Part shown: one piece after another, positions 1 through 13,137 of the stretch
Layout of the letters: every line of letters starts with the position of its first letter
Position numbering within the stretch: the stretch's first letter is position 1
Source of the DNA: Podarcis muralis
Taxonomy: Eukaryota
NCBI RefSeq assembly: GCF_964188315.1
Contig: NC_135658.1
Coordinates: forward strand, 34,472,001-34,536,000
Direction: 5' to 3'
Length of the DNA: 64,000 nucleotides
Notes under the pieces: generated by a model
What the model was told of the DNA's origin: nothing
Databases searched by the model: none
Seen by the model: only the letters and a program-made list of their open reading frames with translations
Program-made: the position numbers and the translations under genes

Positions 1-489
1 ACAAGTCAAAGGCAATGTGTAACATTGTTTTTAATATGCATCTAAAGCTACAAACAGCCCAACAGAGCCAACTTTCCTCTTTGCATTTTTAAGGGTCTCG
101 GAGAGAATGCCACTTATTTTCTGGTACAGGTACATGTTTTCTATTATTATTCCCAAGGCCAAAGATGATTCAATGGAATATTGATAATTATCATGAAGCA
201 AAAGCAAGCACAGTAATTATTTCATTTAGGAGAAGCCTTTTATTCGAGTACCTGACTATTGCCAACATTCCACTTACGCACCAAACGGCATGGGGGAGAA
301 AACAAAACCTTAATACCCACAATCATTTCCCCCTTCTCTGAAGTCCTGTGTAAAAACCTTAACACACAAGAAAAAACTATAGGGGGAAGCATCCCTGATG
401 GTTAAACCACAGCGCACTCTGTCTCTCTTAACATCAAGGAGTCCATTAAAATCTGAAAGCCCCAATTAAGACCTGTTTATTCCTGTTTA

Positions 490-939
<450 letters not shown>

Positions 940-1007
940 TCAGAAATCATCTTTCTCAATTACTTGCTCAGTAACTTCCTTATAAATTATGTCTGGATCT
1001 GTTTGCG

Positions 1008-1738
1008 TGTCGAGGTCCCCAGGGCCACCCAAATAACTCTCACATCACACAGAATTTTTGTTTAAGGTTTTTGGCATAATTTTGGCCACAACTTTATTAA
1101 AATACAAAAATGTGAGTGGTTGCTTAGGCATTGGTTGAGACTATCTGCCCCCACCATGGGGGACAGACTGACATTCCGCACGATGCGAAAGTCAGAAAAG
1201 GGGAATACACTTGGGGGTAGCGACGGAGCAGGGAAGCTGCCCTCAGCCCTCCCCAAATGAGCCAGGAGCTCTTGCAGTGGCCCGAGCCCCCTTGACAGGG
1301 TGGACAAGCAATAGTTAGCCCCCAATTCCTTTAACGGAATCCCTTGCAGCAGCAGCATTAGAGGGGCAGGCACAGCCAATCCATGCCCCTCAACTAACCA
1401 AACCATAAACCAATGCCTAACCGCAACCTTACAAGTTGTGACAATTTGCTACGCAGTAGGCAAAAACCAAATGGCCCCAGCCAATCAGCCAGATGGACAA
1501 AATTCCTACTGGGCCCCTGCCCCAAAAGCAGACAACCCCATGACAGGCATAGCAAGGTCAAAGCGAATAACCCTAATTCTAGGGGGGGGGGGTGAGTTTT
1601 AACATTTCTGGCTGTCAATCAACAAATGGCAACATTAACTTCTTCCCAACAACAAGGGAAGCCCCAATCGCATCAGTGGCCAACGATCAATTAGCCCGCC
1701 CCCAACTTTGGAGTGTACTGGCGGCCCCCACCGCAACA
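1008..1738 (-). mobile_element. Solo LTR (Gypsy-like) in TBX19 intron 1
   Basis: Ends TGTCGAGG...CCGCAACA, flanks TGCG/TGTG (4-bp TSD with CpG decay), minus-strand AATAAAGTTGTGGCC at 1098-1084. Confidence 0.7.
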
Positions 1739-2683
1739 TGTGCTCTCCATGAAGGAGAACACGCTTTAACATCACAATGTGCTTTCACCAAAACAGCCAG
1801 CCATGATTGCATAAGCTAGCATGCAGGGCAACGTTTTCTGTTTCTAATAAAGAGTTAAGAACCCTACTTCTGGATCTCCTTTGTCCAGGATCCTATTCTC
1901 ATAGCACCAATCGGATGCCTACAGGAAGTCTGCAAACAGGATGTGAGTCCCCCAGAAACCAGTACTCAGAAACATGCCTTGCCTGATGCTGAAGGCCATA
2001 CTCCACCATCATGACTGGTAGACACTGATAACTTTATTCTCCATGAATTTGCCCAATCCCCTTTTAAACCCATTCAAAACTGCATAGACACAATTTTATT
2101 TAAAGCACATTTAAAACACATGGCCTCCCCCTGCTAAGGATGCTGGAAATTGTAGCTACGTAGTCCTCAAGATTCTTGGGGGGTGTCATATGCTTTGAAT
2201 GTATGGTGTGTGCACAGCCCAAGTAGTCATCCAGACCCTCCAAGTGTCCCGATTTTCCAGGGACAGACCTGGATTTACAGAAGCTGCCCCATTTTTTTAT
2301 TTGATCCCAGAAGGTTCCGCTTTCCCTTGAGACGTTCCTATTTTTGCCAGAGAAATGTTGGAGGGGATGGAATAGGACCTCCCTATTTTCATCAGAGAAA
2401 TGTCACTACATCATCAATACAACTGAGAGGTAAGGTAATTTGCTTGCCAAGCTCCCTTTCCCTCTCTCTTACAAACAACAACAACTGCATTTAAGCACAT
2501 TTCAGTACCAAAATGGTTCATCTGATGCATTTATTTAATGCTGGTTCCAGGTTCCGAGAGGCACTTGGGCACGATGTTCTCAGATACCCAACTGCCCCTC
2601 CTTGCCATTATCATTGCTGTCCATTCACCCTTTAGGCCCATACTGGCAACTAAGACAGTTAGACAAAACCTTTGATAGACCTA

Positions 2684-2880
2684 ACAAAAAAATTCCTTCA
2701 AGTAGCACCTTAAAGACCAACTAAGTTAGTTCTTGGTATGAGCTTTCGTGTGCATGCACACTTCTTCAGATACACACGAAAGCTCATACCAAGAACTAAC
2801 TTAGTTGGTCTTTAAGGTGCTACTGGAAGGAATTTTTTTTGTTTTGACTATGGCAGACCAACACGGCTACCTATCTGTAA
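2684..2880. mobile_element. Short palindromic retroelement insertion (Penelope-like end)
   Basis: Inverted arms of about 70 bp (2684-2752 and 2773-2844) and a 14-bp TSD CTTTGATAGACCTA (2670-2683, 2881-2894). Confidence 0.7.
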
Positions 2881-3769
2881 CTTTGATAGACCTATCATCC
2901 ATGAACATTAACCATCATAGTTAAATGAAAACGAAGTGTTCAGAGGCAATATACCCTCAAGGAACAAACAAGGCTGGCCCTAACATTAGGTAGAATGAGG
3001 TAGCCTCCTCAGGCAGCCTGCATGTGAAGCAGAGGCAGCCAATATGTGTGTCCCATACTGTCCTTTACCTCAGCAGCAAAATGTCTAGGGCTTCTCAATA
3101 TTTTGTGTTGACCCTGAGAGATTTCAAGTTTCAGCTTCAGTTCTGGTTCACTAGAAAACATATATTTGAGGTAGCAATCCTATAATATTCTATGGAGTGA
3201 TGCTCTTTTGAGCCCAAAATTCTGAACAAGTATGCTTAGGAATGCACTGTCAGTTTGGGGGTTTAGAACAGATTCAGTGTAACCCCCTGATTCTAACCAT
3301 GTTCCTTTTGTCAACAAACAATGTAAAACAATATTTTGACAAAGTTCTGGGTGGATTTTGGCAAAAATCAGATTGGGTCTTCATGTGCTCTTCCTGCCAT
3401 GGCATCAGATCTGTGTGTGCCCCATCATATATGAGAAAAACACACATAACCATTTAGATGTCATGAAAACCCATTGCTAATAGCATAATATGCACATATG
3501 TTGAATGGGTAGCCACTTTTTGTTTTAATGTTTATTTCATTAATGTGTTTTTAGCTGGCTTTGCATTTTGATGTTAAGTCTATTTTGGGGGGTTCTGTTG
3601 TAAACTGAAAAGCAGGGTACAAATTAAAATAAAGTAATTTGCGTACATTTGCCATACTTGTTGTAAAACACATAGGTTATATAGATAGATATCTGTGAAG
3701 GAAAATCACATCCAATGGAGCCCTTATAAGTTACAATCTTTCTGCAAGAAAGTTCTGTATCTCTGAGGG

Positions 3770-3975
3770 TGGGGGTTAGAGTGTCAGACTAGGACCTAGT
3801 TGCCCAGGGTTCAGATCCCCTCTCAGCTATGAAGCTCACTGGGTAATCTTGGACCAGTCATGCTTCTCAGCCTAATCTACCTCACAGGATTCTTGTGGGG
3901 ATTAAATGAGGAGAAGGAGAACACCATCTTGAGCTCCCTGGAGAAAAGATGGGATATAAATGCAACCACTCAATC
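3770..3975 (+). mobile_element. tRNA-derived squamate SINE (CORE/MIR-like); related copies at ~50755-51000 (-), ~54205-54330 (+), ~21850-22010 (-)
   Basis: Head ggttagagtgtcagactagg...gggttcagatcccc with Pol III A/B-box-like motifs; tail gggatataaatg. Confidence 0.75.
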
Positions 3976-4439
3976 AATAAGACTGTGTACTCCTAACGAA
4001 AATACTATTCCGGAAGATGATGAATGTTTTAGTTCTTTCGACTTTCTGCTTATTCATTAACATCCATCAGCTACGTACACATCACTCAGATATTCCATCT
4101 CCAAATCTACAGAAATAGCAGCTCTCAACAACCTCTGAATTCTGGAAAAGGGTAAATGGGCAAGTTTGTTCATATATCAAGAAAGATCAGCATTGTTCAA
4201 AGAAGTACAGTATTTGGGTGCAATCCACTGGCAAAGTATCCTGCCCAAGCACCACTCAAACAACTGGAAGCTCTGCATTAGTGCTACTACTCCCTGCTCT
4301 CGTTCAGTCCCATTCAATGTGTCTTGCACAGGAGAATCCCCCCATGAGTTGCTGAGCAAACTAAGTGCACAATTAAGCTGCTGTCCCATAAACAGTTCTC
4401 TTCATCCCTCGCTTCCTCTAAGCAGAAGATAAGACTCAC

Positions 4440-4636
4440 CTGCCATTCTTCGTGACAATCATCTCATTAGTAACTTCTCTGAATCTCTGCCATAGTGCAG
4501 CATCCTCTAAGACAACCTGGAGCTGTTTTTCGGTGGGGTCTCCTTTGTCTCTGCCAGCTTGGAGCTCGTTCTCCACCACATTGAGCAGCCTGGAGACAGT
4601 GCAGTCACTATGTTTCTTGCAGCCCAAATCAGTCAT
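4440..4636 (-). CDS. TBX19: TBX19 exon 1 (start codon)
   Basis: [65 protein letters not shown] is closer to TBX19 than to Brachyury as recalled. Kozak gtcaccATG, donor AG|gtgagt, neighbour SFT2D2 as in mammals. Confidence 0.93.
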
Positions 4637-5372
4637 GGTGACTTTAATGTCAGAAACTTCTCAGATGACTTAAAAAAAAAAAGCAGCAACAACAACCCCA
4701 CAGATCTGAACCTAAACCAATTAATTAGCCACAGTGGAACAAATGTGCTCACCTCAGCCTTTTGCCACAGACTTGCTCTTCCCCCCACTATGTCCCAACA
4801 GGAGGATGACACCTGTGTGTTAAGGTTTTAACATGCACACACAACCATTTTCTAATTACTGACTGTCAGGTGGGAGACAGCCTGATTAGGCAATTGGCTG
4901 CCTCCGAAGAAGAATCTTCCATTCAAATCACCAAGCTTTTATCTTTTCTGAGGAGGGTCTAATTATTCTGCTCAAGAACTATATTTCCATTAATGAAAAT
5001 GGTTTAATGCCTCAACTGAAACAGTGAATGGAAAGTGGGTCTGTGCAGATGCAAATTCCTGCTAGAAATGGGAGAAGTAACAGCATTCAACAGCAATCTG
5101 TGGGGATATTACTTGACGGATATACAAATCTGGCCATTTACCTGTTATATATTTCTCAACAGCAAATCTTCTGCTCAACATCAGACCATACTTCTTTGAA
5201 ACTGGAAAATAACTTGTGCAGGTTTCCTGTATTTGAGATTAAGGAGCTAATTCTGGGGAATGAAATGAAGGTGGGTGAGGAGAAGCGGTGTGATTAAGTT
5301 TTCTCAAAAGAATGCTAATACCTTCTGTTCACGCCCAGCACTCAAAACCGAGAACCAGTTTACACAACCATT

Positions 5373-5563
5373 CATAGGAGCCCACTCCTAGGGGCCGTGG
5401 GGGCTTCAGCCCCCACAATAAGATATTTGAGGGGGCTGGGCCCCTGCTAAGTTGATGGGCATTCCCATTCAAATGGTGTGTGTGCACTGCGTCATACGAT
5501 CAATTATGTGAGGGGCAGCCTTACCTGGGCCCCCACAATATTTTATTCAAGTTGGTACCCCTG
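5373..5563. mobile_element. hAT-type MITE
   Basis: Degenerate TIRs (cataggagcccact / agttggtacccctg); 8-bp TSD CAACCATT/CAACCACT. Confidence 0.6.
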
Positions 5564-5694
5564 CAACCACTTGTTCCATTTCAGAGTGCTTTTCTTGCCC
5601 AGATTGCACTTGGGAGACTGCAAAGGGATGGTCTTATAAATTCATCATGCTTACAAAACTCAGTTTGGCAATAAATCGTCTGAATCCCCTGAAT

Positions 5695-5835
5695 AACAGC
5701 TTAAATATCTAGGGCACTTTAGTTGAGAAAAAAGGTTGATAAGAAGGGACATGATGGGAGCATATAAAACTGCATGTAGTCAGCAGTATGGAGAAAAGGG
5801 ATAGGGAAAACATTTTCTCCTCTCATAATGCTCTC
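5695..5835 (+). mobile_element. Degenerate CR1 LINE ORF2 3' fragment
   Basis: gagaaaaaaggttgataagaagggacatgat... resembles the CR1 LEKRRLRGDM...EKFFSLSHN region. Confidence 0.55.
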
Positions 5836-6974
5836 ATAATACGTCATAATACTGACGTAGATTGCTTTACAAGTGGAATAGTCCATTAACTAAGGGTAGT
5901 TGTACTCAGAACAGTCCTTATTAAAATTAATGAACCTTAGTCATGTTAATTGATTTCTGTGGGTCTAGTTGAATTCTAGTTGAATACCATCCTAGACTTT
6001 GAAGGATCTACTGGCCAGTGTAAAAATATTATTGTAAGTGTTCATTCTTGAGAAAGTGTGTTTGGGGAAGTGCGTGTTTGCTTTATAGGTAAACATTGCA
6101 CACCATCATGTTGTATTCCTTGATTTTGGAGAGGGTGTCAAATGCTGATTTCTAACTGAATTCAGTTTTTTAAAAAATATAAATTGAGCTGGAGAGACTT
6201 GGGCTTTGTATCTGATCAGTTACTAAATTCACTGAGTAATCTTGGACCAGTCACCCTCTGAGTCAAGCATAGCCTACATAACAAAAGGATGATGTGCAGG
6301 CTAGACCTATCTCCTAGGCTTACAACAAAAAGCACTCTGGCAGGTCATAGAATCATATAGAGGTGGAGGGGAACCCAAGGATCATCTAGTCCAAGGATCA
6401 TCTAGTCCTGGCAATGATCTACCCATTGTCATTGGAGAGAGGAGGAGCATGCGTGCGGTGGGTGGATTGCCCAGAGTTGTTGAGCTCTTTTTTGAGGGAG
6501 GATTGCACAGAGATCTAGTGGTAGATCGCAATCTACTGGTTGGACATCCCTGATCGAGTCCACACAGCCTGCAATGCACATCACAACATCATTGCTCCTT
6601 ATGAGAGCTGCACTCTCTCATATTAACATTGGTTAAAACACATGGTGCCAGTGATTAGTGAAGCAGTTAGCGCTTCAGTAAACTATTGGCTAAATAAAAC
6701 ATAATGGAACAGGGTGGAAATTGCAGAATATTCTCCTGTATACTCAGTATACTCTGCTGAGAAATGGGAGAAAACATAGTTTTCAAGATGCTTAGTTCAC
6801 CTTCATAAGGGAAGATAAATTCAACATCAATATTGCCGGATTCATTTAAATTAGCATAGGTAATTCTTGGCAATTTTATGATAAGCTATAAATTATTGTA
6901 ATTATAGATCTGAATATGGTACTTGAGGGAGATAATTTAGCCTTGCCACACCTGATTTCCATTGTACAATAGAT

Positions 6975-7214
6975 CAGTCAAACCTTGGTTCCCAAACAAC
7001 TCCATTTGGAATGTTTTGGCTCCCGAATGCTGAAAACCCAGAAGTAAATGCTCCGGTTTTTGAATGTTTATCGGAAGCTGAATGTCTGACGTGGCTTCCA
7101 CTTGAGTGCAGGAAACTCTTTCAACCAATTGGAAGCCGTGCCTAGGTTGTCAAACATTTTGGAAGCCAAACGGGCTTCTGGAACGGATTACGTTTGACAA
7201 CCGAGTTTTGACTG
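6975..7214. mobile_element. Tc1/mariner-type MITE, older relative of the 14584 copy
   Basis: TIRs cagtcaaaccttggtt / aaccgagttttgactg followed by TA; interior similar to 14584-14825. Confidence 0.7.
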
Positions 7215-8764
7215 TACTGGGTGGGTGAAAAGCAATCATTTGGCCAAAGACTGAAACCTTCCATGCTTTGGAAAAGTAGCGTGTGGTTTGACTGCTCAAC
7301 CATACTTCTCTTGGCTTCCCTGAACTCTATGAAAATTGAGACCTCTTCTTCTGCCATTAGCAACTATCACCTTAGCTATTAGGCGCTGATGTGTACCAGT
7401 CCTGCAGTCTGCCTCTCTCAGCCACTAGAAACACGGTTAATTGGCCCTTTATCTGAACTGATCCCTGCAAAAAGCAATGAAAAGACTAATCTTTCCTAAA
7501 TCACGTAAAAGTCCAATAATCTCCGATGGTGTCAAACCCTGATTAAAAACACCAGCAAAGCAGCTGTCTTTTTGTCCTTCCTAATTATGACTTGGCATTG
7601 TATGTCATGGCTGGGTGGGTATTTGGTTTCCCCAGGCTTCTGGAACTGAACGTACAGGGAAGGGACGGCATTCAAACAGGACGTCTGGGAGATGGAAAGA
7701 ATGAGCTTGTTTCTTGCAGATTTCATTTGATCAAGAATGTCTCCTCTTTTTTTGCATGCAGTATAAAGGTCTGTAGGAAAAAACAGCTATCAAATATCAG
7801 ACAAGGAGGGGGAAAGACCTTTCCATCTTCCCCCCAACCTTGTATGATGTGAGCAGGTATTAGCTAAAGGGGGGTTTTAGACTGAGCTTAATCAGCAAAT
7901 CAGTAAGTCAAGAAATAATCTCAAGCAACGTCTAGGCAAACGTGCACACTGGTAAACCTGCACAAGCAATGTTAATGTATACAGCATTCATTAGTGATGA
8001 CCATTGCCTGTACCTGTTTGTAATATTCTTTAAAATCAAATGTCACCATGCTTTGGATTTACAGTATTAATGGCAAATGCATTGCAACGACAGGGGCGCA
8101 AATTATTGGTGTTGCACTATGGCAATCTGACTTGCTGTGCAACATTTATGGTTTCATTCTATGCATGTCAGATGATAAGATGTCCCACTTCTGCATGTTT
8201 ATGCCAAAGGTGCACTATTCTGACATTACACAAATTCACTCATTTACCATGTGATAACCCAAAATATGCTGGGTTTTTTTTACCAAGTCAGACCACTGGT
8301 CCATCAAGATCGGCATGCCTCTACTTCACTGACTGGAAGTGAGTCTCTAAGGTTTCAGCCAGGACTCTCTTACCTTTCTGCCATTTCAACTAGTAATAAT
8401 TCATTTATTATACCCCGATCAACTGCCTGGGCTGCCTCAGCCACACTGGGAAGCTTCCAACAAAAATTAACCCCCCCCAAAAAAAAACACACCACCCACA
8501 ACCAAACAAACATCAAACGGTAAAAGCTTCATGAAATAATAATAAGAAAGCAAGCAAACATTATCTTCCATTCCATGTTCATTAAGAACCTTTCACATGC
8601 AAGGCTGTCCTTGTACTGTATCTGGTGTGGAGCCACAATTAGTGAAGAACACAGTGGCCAGACTGCTCAAACGTTACCAGCAACATGTTACTTTTTTGCT
8701 GAGAGAGCTGTGGTGGTTGCCCATGTGTTATGTTAATTCAGGGGTGGACAACTTGGGCCCAAAT

Positions 8765-9000
8765 ACCTGAAGGACCTCCTAATCTGGCAGAGGGCCTTCT
8801 CGGTAGTGGCACCCTCCTTTCAGATGTCAAGGAGATAAAGAATGACACAACTTTTAGAAGACATCTGAAGGTTGCCCTGTATCGGGAGGTTTTTACCACT
8901 TGATGTTTTTATTATGTTTTTAGATATGCTGAAAGCCACCCAGAGTGGCTGGGGAAACCCAACCAGATGGGCAAGGTATAATTAATAATAAAAATTATTG
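8765..9000 (+). mobile_element. L2-type LINE 3' end
   Basis: agagggccttctcggtagtggcaccc...ttttagaagacatctgaag...aagccacccagagtggctgggg...gggcaaggtataattaataataa tail. Confidence 0.65.
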
Positions 9001-9313
9001 ATTTATATTAGTAGTAGTAGTATTCACCAGCTCAATCTCTGATATCTTCTGATAGGGCACTCTTGCTGGTCACCCATGCCCCAGAGATTCATTCATCCCT
9101 TATCTGGGGCTGCAAGCTTAAAGTGAACTGACTACAAGGTAAGACTGTAAACAATTTCCTGTTCCCATTATGGTATATGGCCAACACTATTAAAATCTAA
9201 TCCATTGTTCAAAGACTACTCCATAGCTTCAGTATCAAATTTCAGCTTTCTTGAAATGTTTTGCAGTGCTAACTTTATAGAAAAATGATGTACACACGTG
9301 TTGAGAAACCAGC

Positions 9314-9319
9314 TTTATT
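9314..9319 (-). terminator. Probable distal polyadenylation signal of SFT2D2
   Basis: AATAAA on the minus strand, preceded by U-rich and UGUA-rich sequence (ttttgtattgtaccttttgtat). Confidence 0.55.
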
Positions 9320-12300
9320 ACAGAAGAGATAGTGCAGTAAGAGTAGTATAAAGTAGTAGTTTTTTTCTTAAGGCAGAAAAAAAGACCAGCATATACAAAA
9401 GGTACAATACAAAAGCCAACAAGAAAAGTGTACAAAATGGAACATCCATTCAAGCTTTTTAAAAAATCAAAACCTTATTACAAAAGTCTCCATTAATGCA
9501 GTCATATTGCATGGTGCAAGTAGGCACTTTTTTGTTTTCCAAAAAAGTACATCATAAAGAAGCCACCTTATATTTAGTAGCTGAAAGGCCTTAAGCTATG
9601 ACACTGACATATTTGTAGTTAAGGCCAAGACTGGGTTCATCTAAAATAGTGTTGTAACAAGTGTGAACAAGCTACTGATTAATTTGAGAAAGTGACCATA
9701 TACATCTAGGACAAGAAGAATAAGGAACTAAATCATTTCCATAATGTGAAAAAATGCTTTATGCCAGAACACAAAGGGTAACTATAGCAGAAATTTAAAA
9801 TTCAGTATACAGATGATTTTAAAGTCCCGGGAAATAAAAATTTACAAAGATAGTGACAGCTATGTCTTACCACCATAATCCACATTTAGCAAAGATCCCA
9901 GTAAATAAAAATCAATGTCATGATTTGAATATTTTTAACTACGTCCAATGTTATCAAGTGACTTAAAATCGGACTGAATTAGTTAAAAATATATATTCAA
10001 ATCATGACAAATATTCAAATCATAACATTGATTTTAACATTTGAATAAAAACCCAAATCTTTAATATAAATGCAGCAGCAGTGTCAATATTAGAAAGGTA
10101 CTCAAAGACAGATTTTAAATAGAAAAATTACAACTAGAAAGTATTGGTACGAATATCTGAAATGCATTCCATAATTAAATATTGCAATATTTTAAGAGGA
10201 GCTGCTTTAGAAGAGACGCAGCACTGAGGGCTTATGTGTCTCATTCTGCTAAATATACAACTACTGATCCTACCCCTTTCCATACTGAAACCAAGTGCAC
10301 TAATAATCCAAATTTAATAAATGGATTTCTGAAAAAAGGAACTTTCTCCCCATAAAGTAAGCCTATTACTACAGCAAGGAAAGCTTGACAAAACTGCTCA
10401 ACTGCTCTTTTAAATATTTGCAAGTTCCAGTGGTACACTAGCATGGCATTTAACATCCGGAAAAAACCCTACATTATCATTGTGCAACATCTGCAATTGG
10501 GGGTGAAGACCCTCTAAATCAAGGAAGTTTTGAGAATTTTAAAGAATGCAAAAGCACCATTTTACCAGGGGAAAATGTGAAACAAAGGTTCCAGCTTGTG
10601 ATGTGCACATTGCCTTCTACACTTTGGGGAGCAGGGGGAACAGACCTACTGTCTGTCTCCAGCCTAAAAAAGCTAGCTGGTAAGAAGATCAGAGCTGGTA
10701 TTTTAAAAAGACCCAATAGGATTTATGACTCCCCTGTACAGAAAAACCAGACCCTCCAAACTCTGAGAAATGAAGGGCAGAGTTGTCCCCTGCCACTTCT
10801 CAGCAATGACTTCCCTGTGCACATATTTCTCCAGTACCGAGCTACCAAGCCCAGATGCTGAAGGATCCCTGTCACTTTTAAGAAAATTCTACCTGGCTCC
10901 TTAGCTTACTGCAGTGGTGTGATGAGAAAAGCCACACCAGATGAAATTCTGCCTTCTGTGCAACAATAGCTGTCTTTAGGGTATGACTGGCAACCCTGTG
11001 CCTTTTCGCCCTATGCCTATATGACTAATAAATCAAGGCTGCAATTTTCCACTTGCGCACTGTAAATTGGTGGACTACTCAAACCAAGAAATTTCACAGA
11101 CTTTCATTTTTATAGCTTACTAACATCAGAGCTGCAGTTCTAGAATCTAAAAAAATATATAAAATCCTCATAAATACCTAATTTTGCAAATCTCTAAATG
11201 TGCTTGCTTGGCAAAGCTGCACAGTACAACTAAGCTTCCTAAAAACCCAGGTTATAAATAGTCAATAATATCCTATGAAAAAGCTATAGAGAAAGTTTTA
11301 GACAAGATTAGGGTGAATTCTGGTACTCCAGAGTTGTTCAAGGAAATTTCTGTGCTCAGATACACAAGTGCTAGTCTCTGCCCAATGATGGGAGAAAGCA
11401 GAATAGGAGGTTTACTAGATTAAGACGGTCAGTCCCAAAAGCCACTACAGCAAAGAATTTGTTCAATGGCTCTTTTCTTTTGCAAACAACACCTGCAGCT
11501 TCAAGGTTTCCCAAAATGCTCTAAGACACAAGCTTTAGGATAGCATTAAAAAAGGACAAATTACCCTCGAATAACTGTACAAGTATTTCTTTGGAGGGGA
11601 GAATACCCTTCATTCCTTCTTAAATGGAGACAAAAAAATCTAATTGCACCAGTTCAAGAAGTGGAATGCAACAAAGATTCCCAATGTCTAGGTGTTTGCT
11701 CCAATCATTACATGATAATGTCTTATTAGGAAGCCAGAATGTCATGAACACAAGTCCCTCCAACTGAAAGCAATCATCAGCTAGGCAGACAATGTAAACA
11801 GAAATCAAAACAGCAAGATTAAATAGGGGAAAGGGAATTTGAAAAACATGAGATGTTCCTCCTCTCCACAGTTGGGAGAGCTGTACAAAGTCATATTTTA
11901 GACGGATGTGGATGGGAATCTAGCAAAACCAAAGCAGCAAGAGTGGCAAATAATTCATGAGGCAATGTTAGCACTAAGGCAGAGGTCTTGACGTTACTTC
12001 AGAGACCATAAAAAGTAGGCAGTAAACTGCTTGCAGAAGTGGAAGGGCACTTGCTTGCTTTCATGATTCCCACTAGTATATTCGCTCATGCTGCTTCTGT
12101 TGCTGGTTGGACAATGAATCAATGTCTCGGTTATATTACAATAAGGAATCATGCTTGCTGTTCAATTAGAAGGCAGCTCCTCTTAAGTTCCCTTATACGA
12201 TTGCAGGAGACAAAAAGTACTTTGGGACCCAAGAAATGAACTCTGAAAATCAATCTCTTTGCTATAAGGCCACAGTAGCCAGTGTGTAAGCTGTTCTTTG

Positions 12301-12817
12301 GACCCTGTAAATTAAGAATGTGTGACTAGTAAATTTAAATCCCACCTACTTTGCAATTACCATAATATCATTTTCACCAGCAAAACAACAAAATCTGAAG
12401 TTGACAATATTGCACCAAACGGACACAACAGCTTAGCTAAGCGAGTGAAAGGAATGTTTTGTTGCTCTTTGGGCTTCTTATCACAAAACTCATTACCCTT
12501 GGGAGAATACTTTGTAGCTTTGTCCAGTGATTCACAGGTTCACTTAGCAAAATTAATAGCCTTGCCCCTAGGAAGGTGTGTTCAGATGCAAATGCCAGAT
12601 GACTGTGCAAACCTTCTAGTCCTCAAAGTCACATTTCAGTGTAAGGAAATGGTGCTTATCTTGCTGGCCTGCACAAAAGCAATGAATTATATTTTGAAAT
12701 AAAGATGACAGCTCTCAGTCAAAAGCCTTTACAACATTTACAACTTTACATCAGTCAGGTTGTATATTGTTTTCCTTTCCCAAAGCACAAGTTAAATTAC
12801 AGTAAGACACTTTATAG

Positions 12818-13137
12818 CATGGGTAGGCAAACTAAGGCCTGGGGGCCGGATCAAGCCCAATTGCCTTCTAAATACAGCCTGCGGATGGTCCGGGAATGAG
12901 CGTGCTTTTATATGAGTAGAATATGTCTTTTTATTTAAAATGTATCTCTGGGTTATTTGTGGGGCCTGCCTGGTGTTGTTACATGAGCAAAAAGTGTGCT
13001 TTTATTTAAAACGCATCTCTGGGTTATTTGTGGGGCATAGGAATTTGTTCATTTTCCCCCAAAATATAGTCTGCCCCCCCCACAAGGTCTGAGGGACAGT
13101 GGACCGGCTCCCTGCTGAAAAGGTTTGCTGACCCCTG
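12818..13137. mobile_element. hAT (Charlie-like) MITE
   Basis: TIRs catgggtaggcaaac / gtttgctgacccctg; perfect 8-bp TSD CTTTATAG; internal ~35-bp direct duplication. Confidence 0.85.

Noticed and set aside
10241-10716. Two hydrophobic minus-strand ORFs (71 and 65 aa) suggesting a hidden membrane microprotein in the SFT2D2 UTR
   Set aside because: The 71-aa frame has an in-frame stop just upstream, I saw no splice signals joining the two ORFs, and I recognise no homology. Cross-species codon conservation would be needed to revive this.
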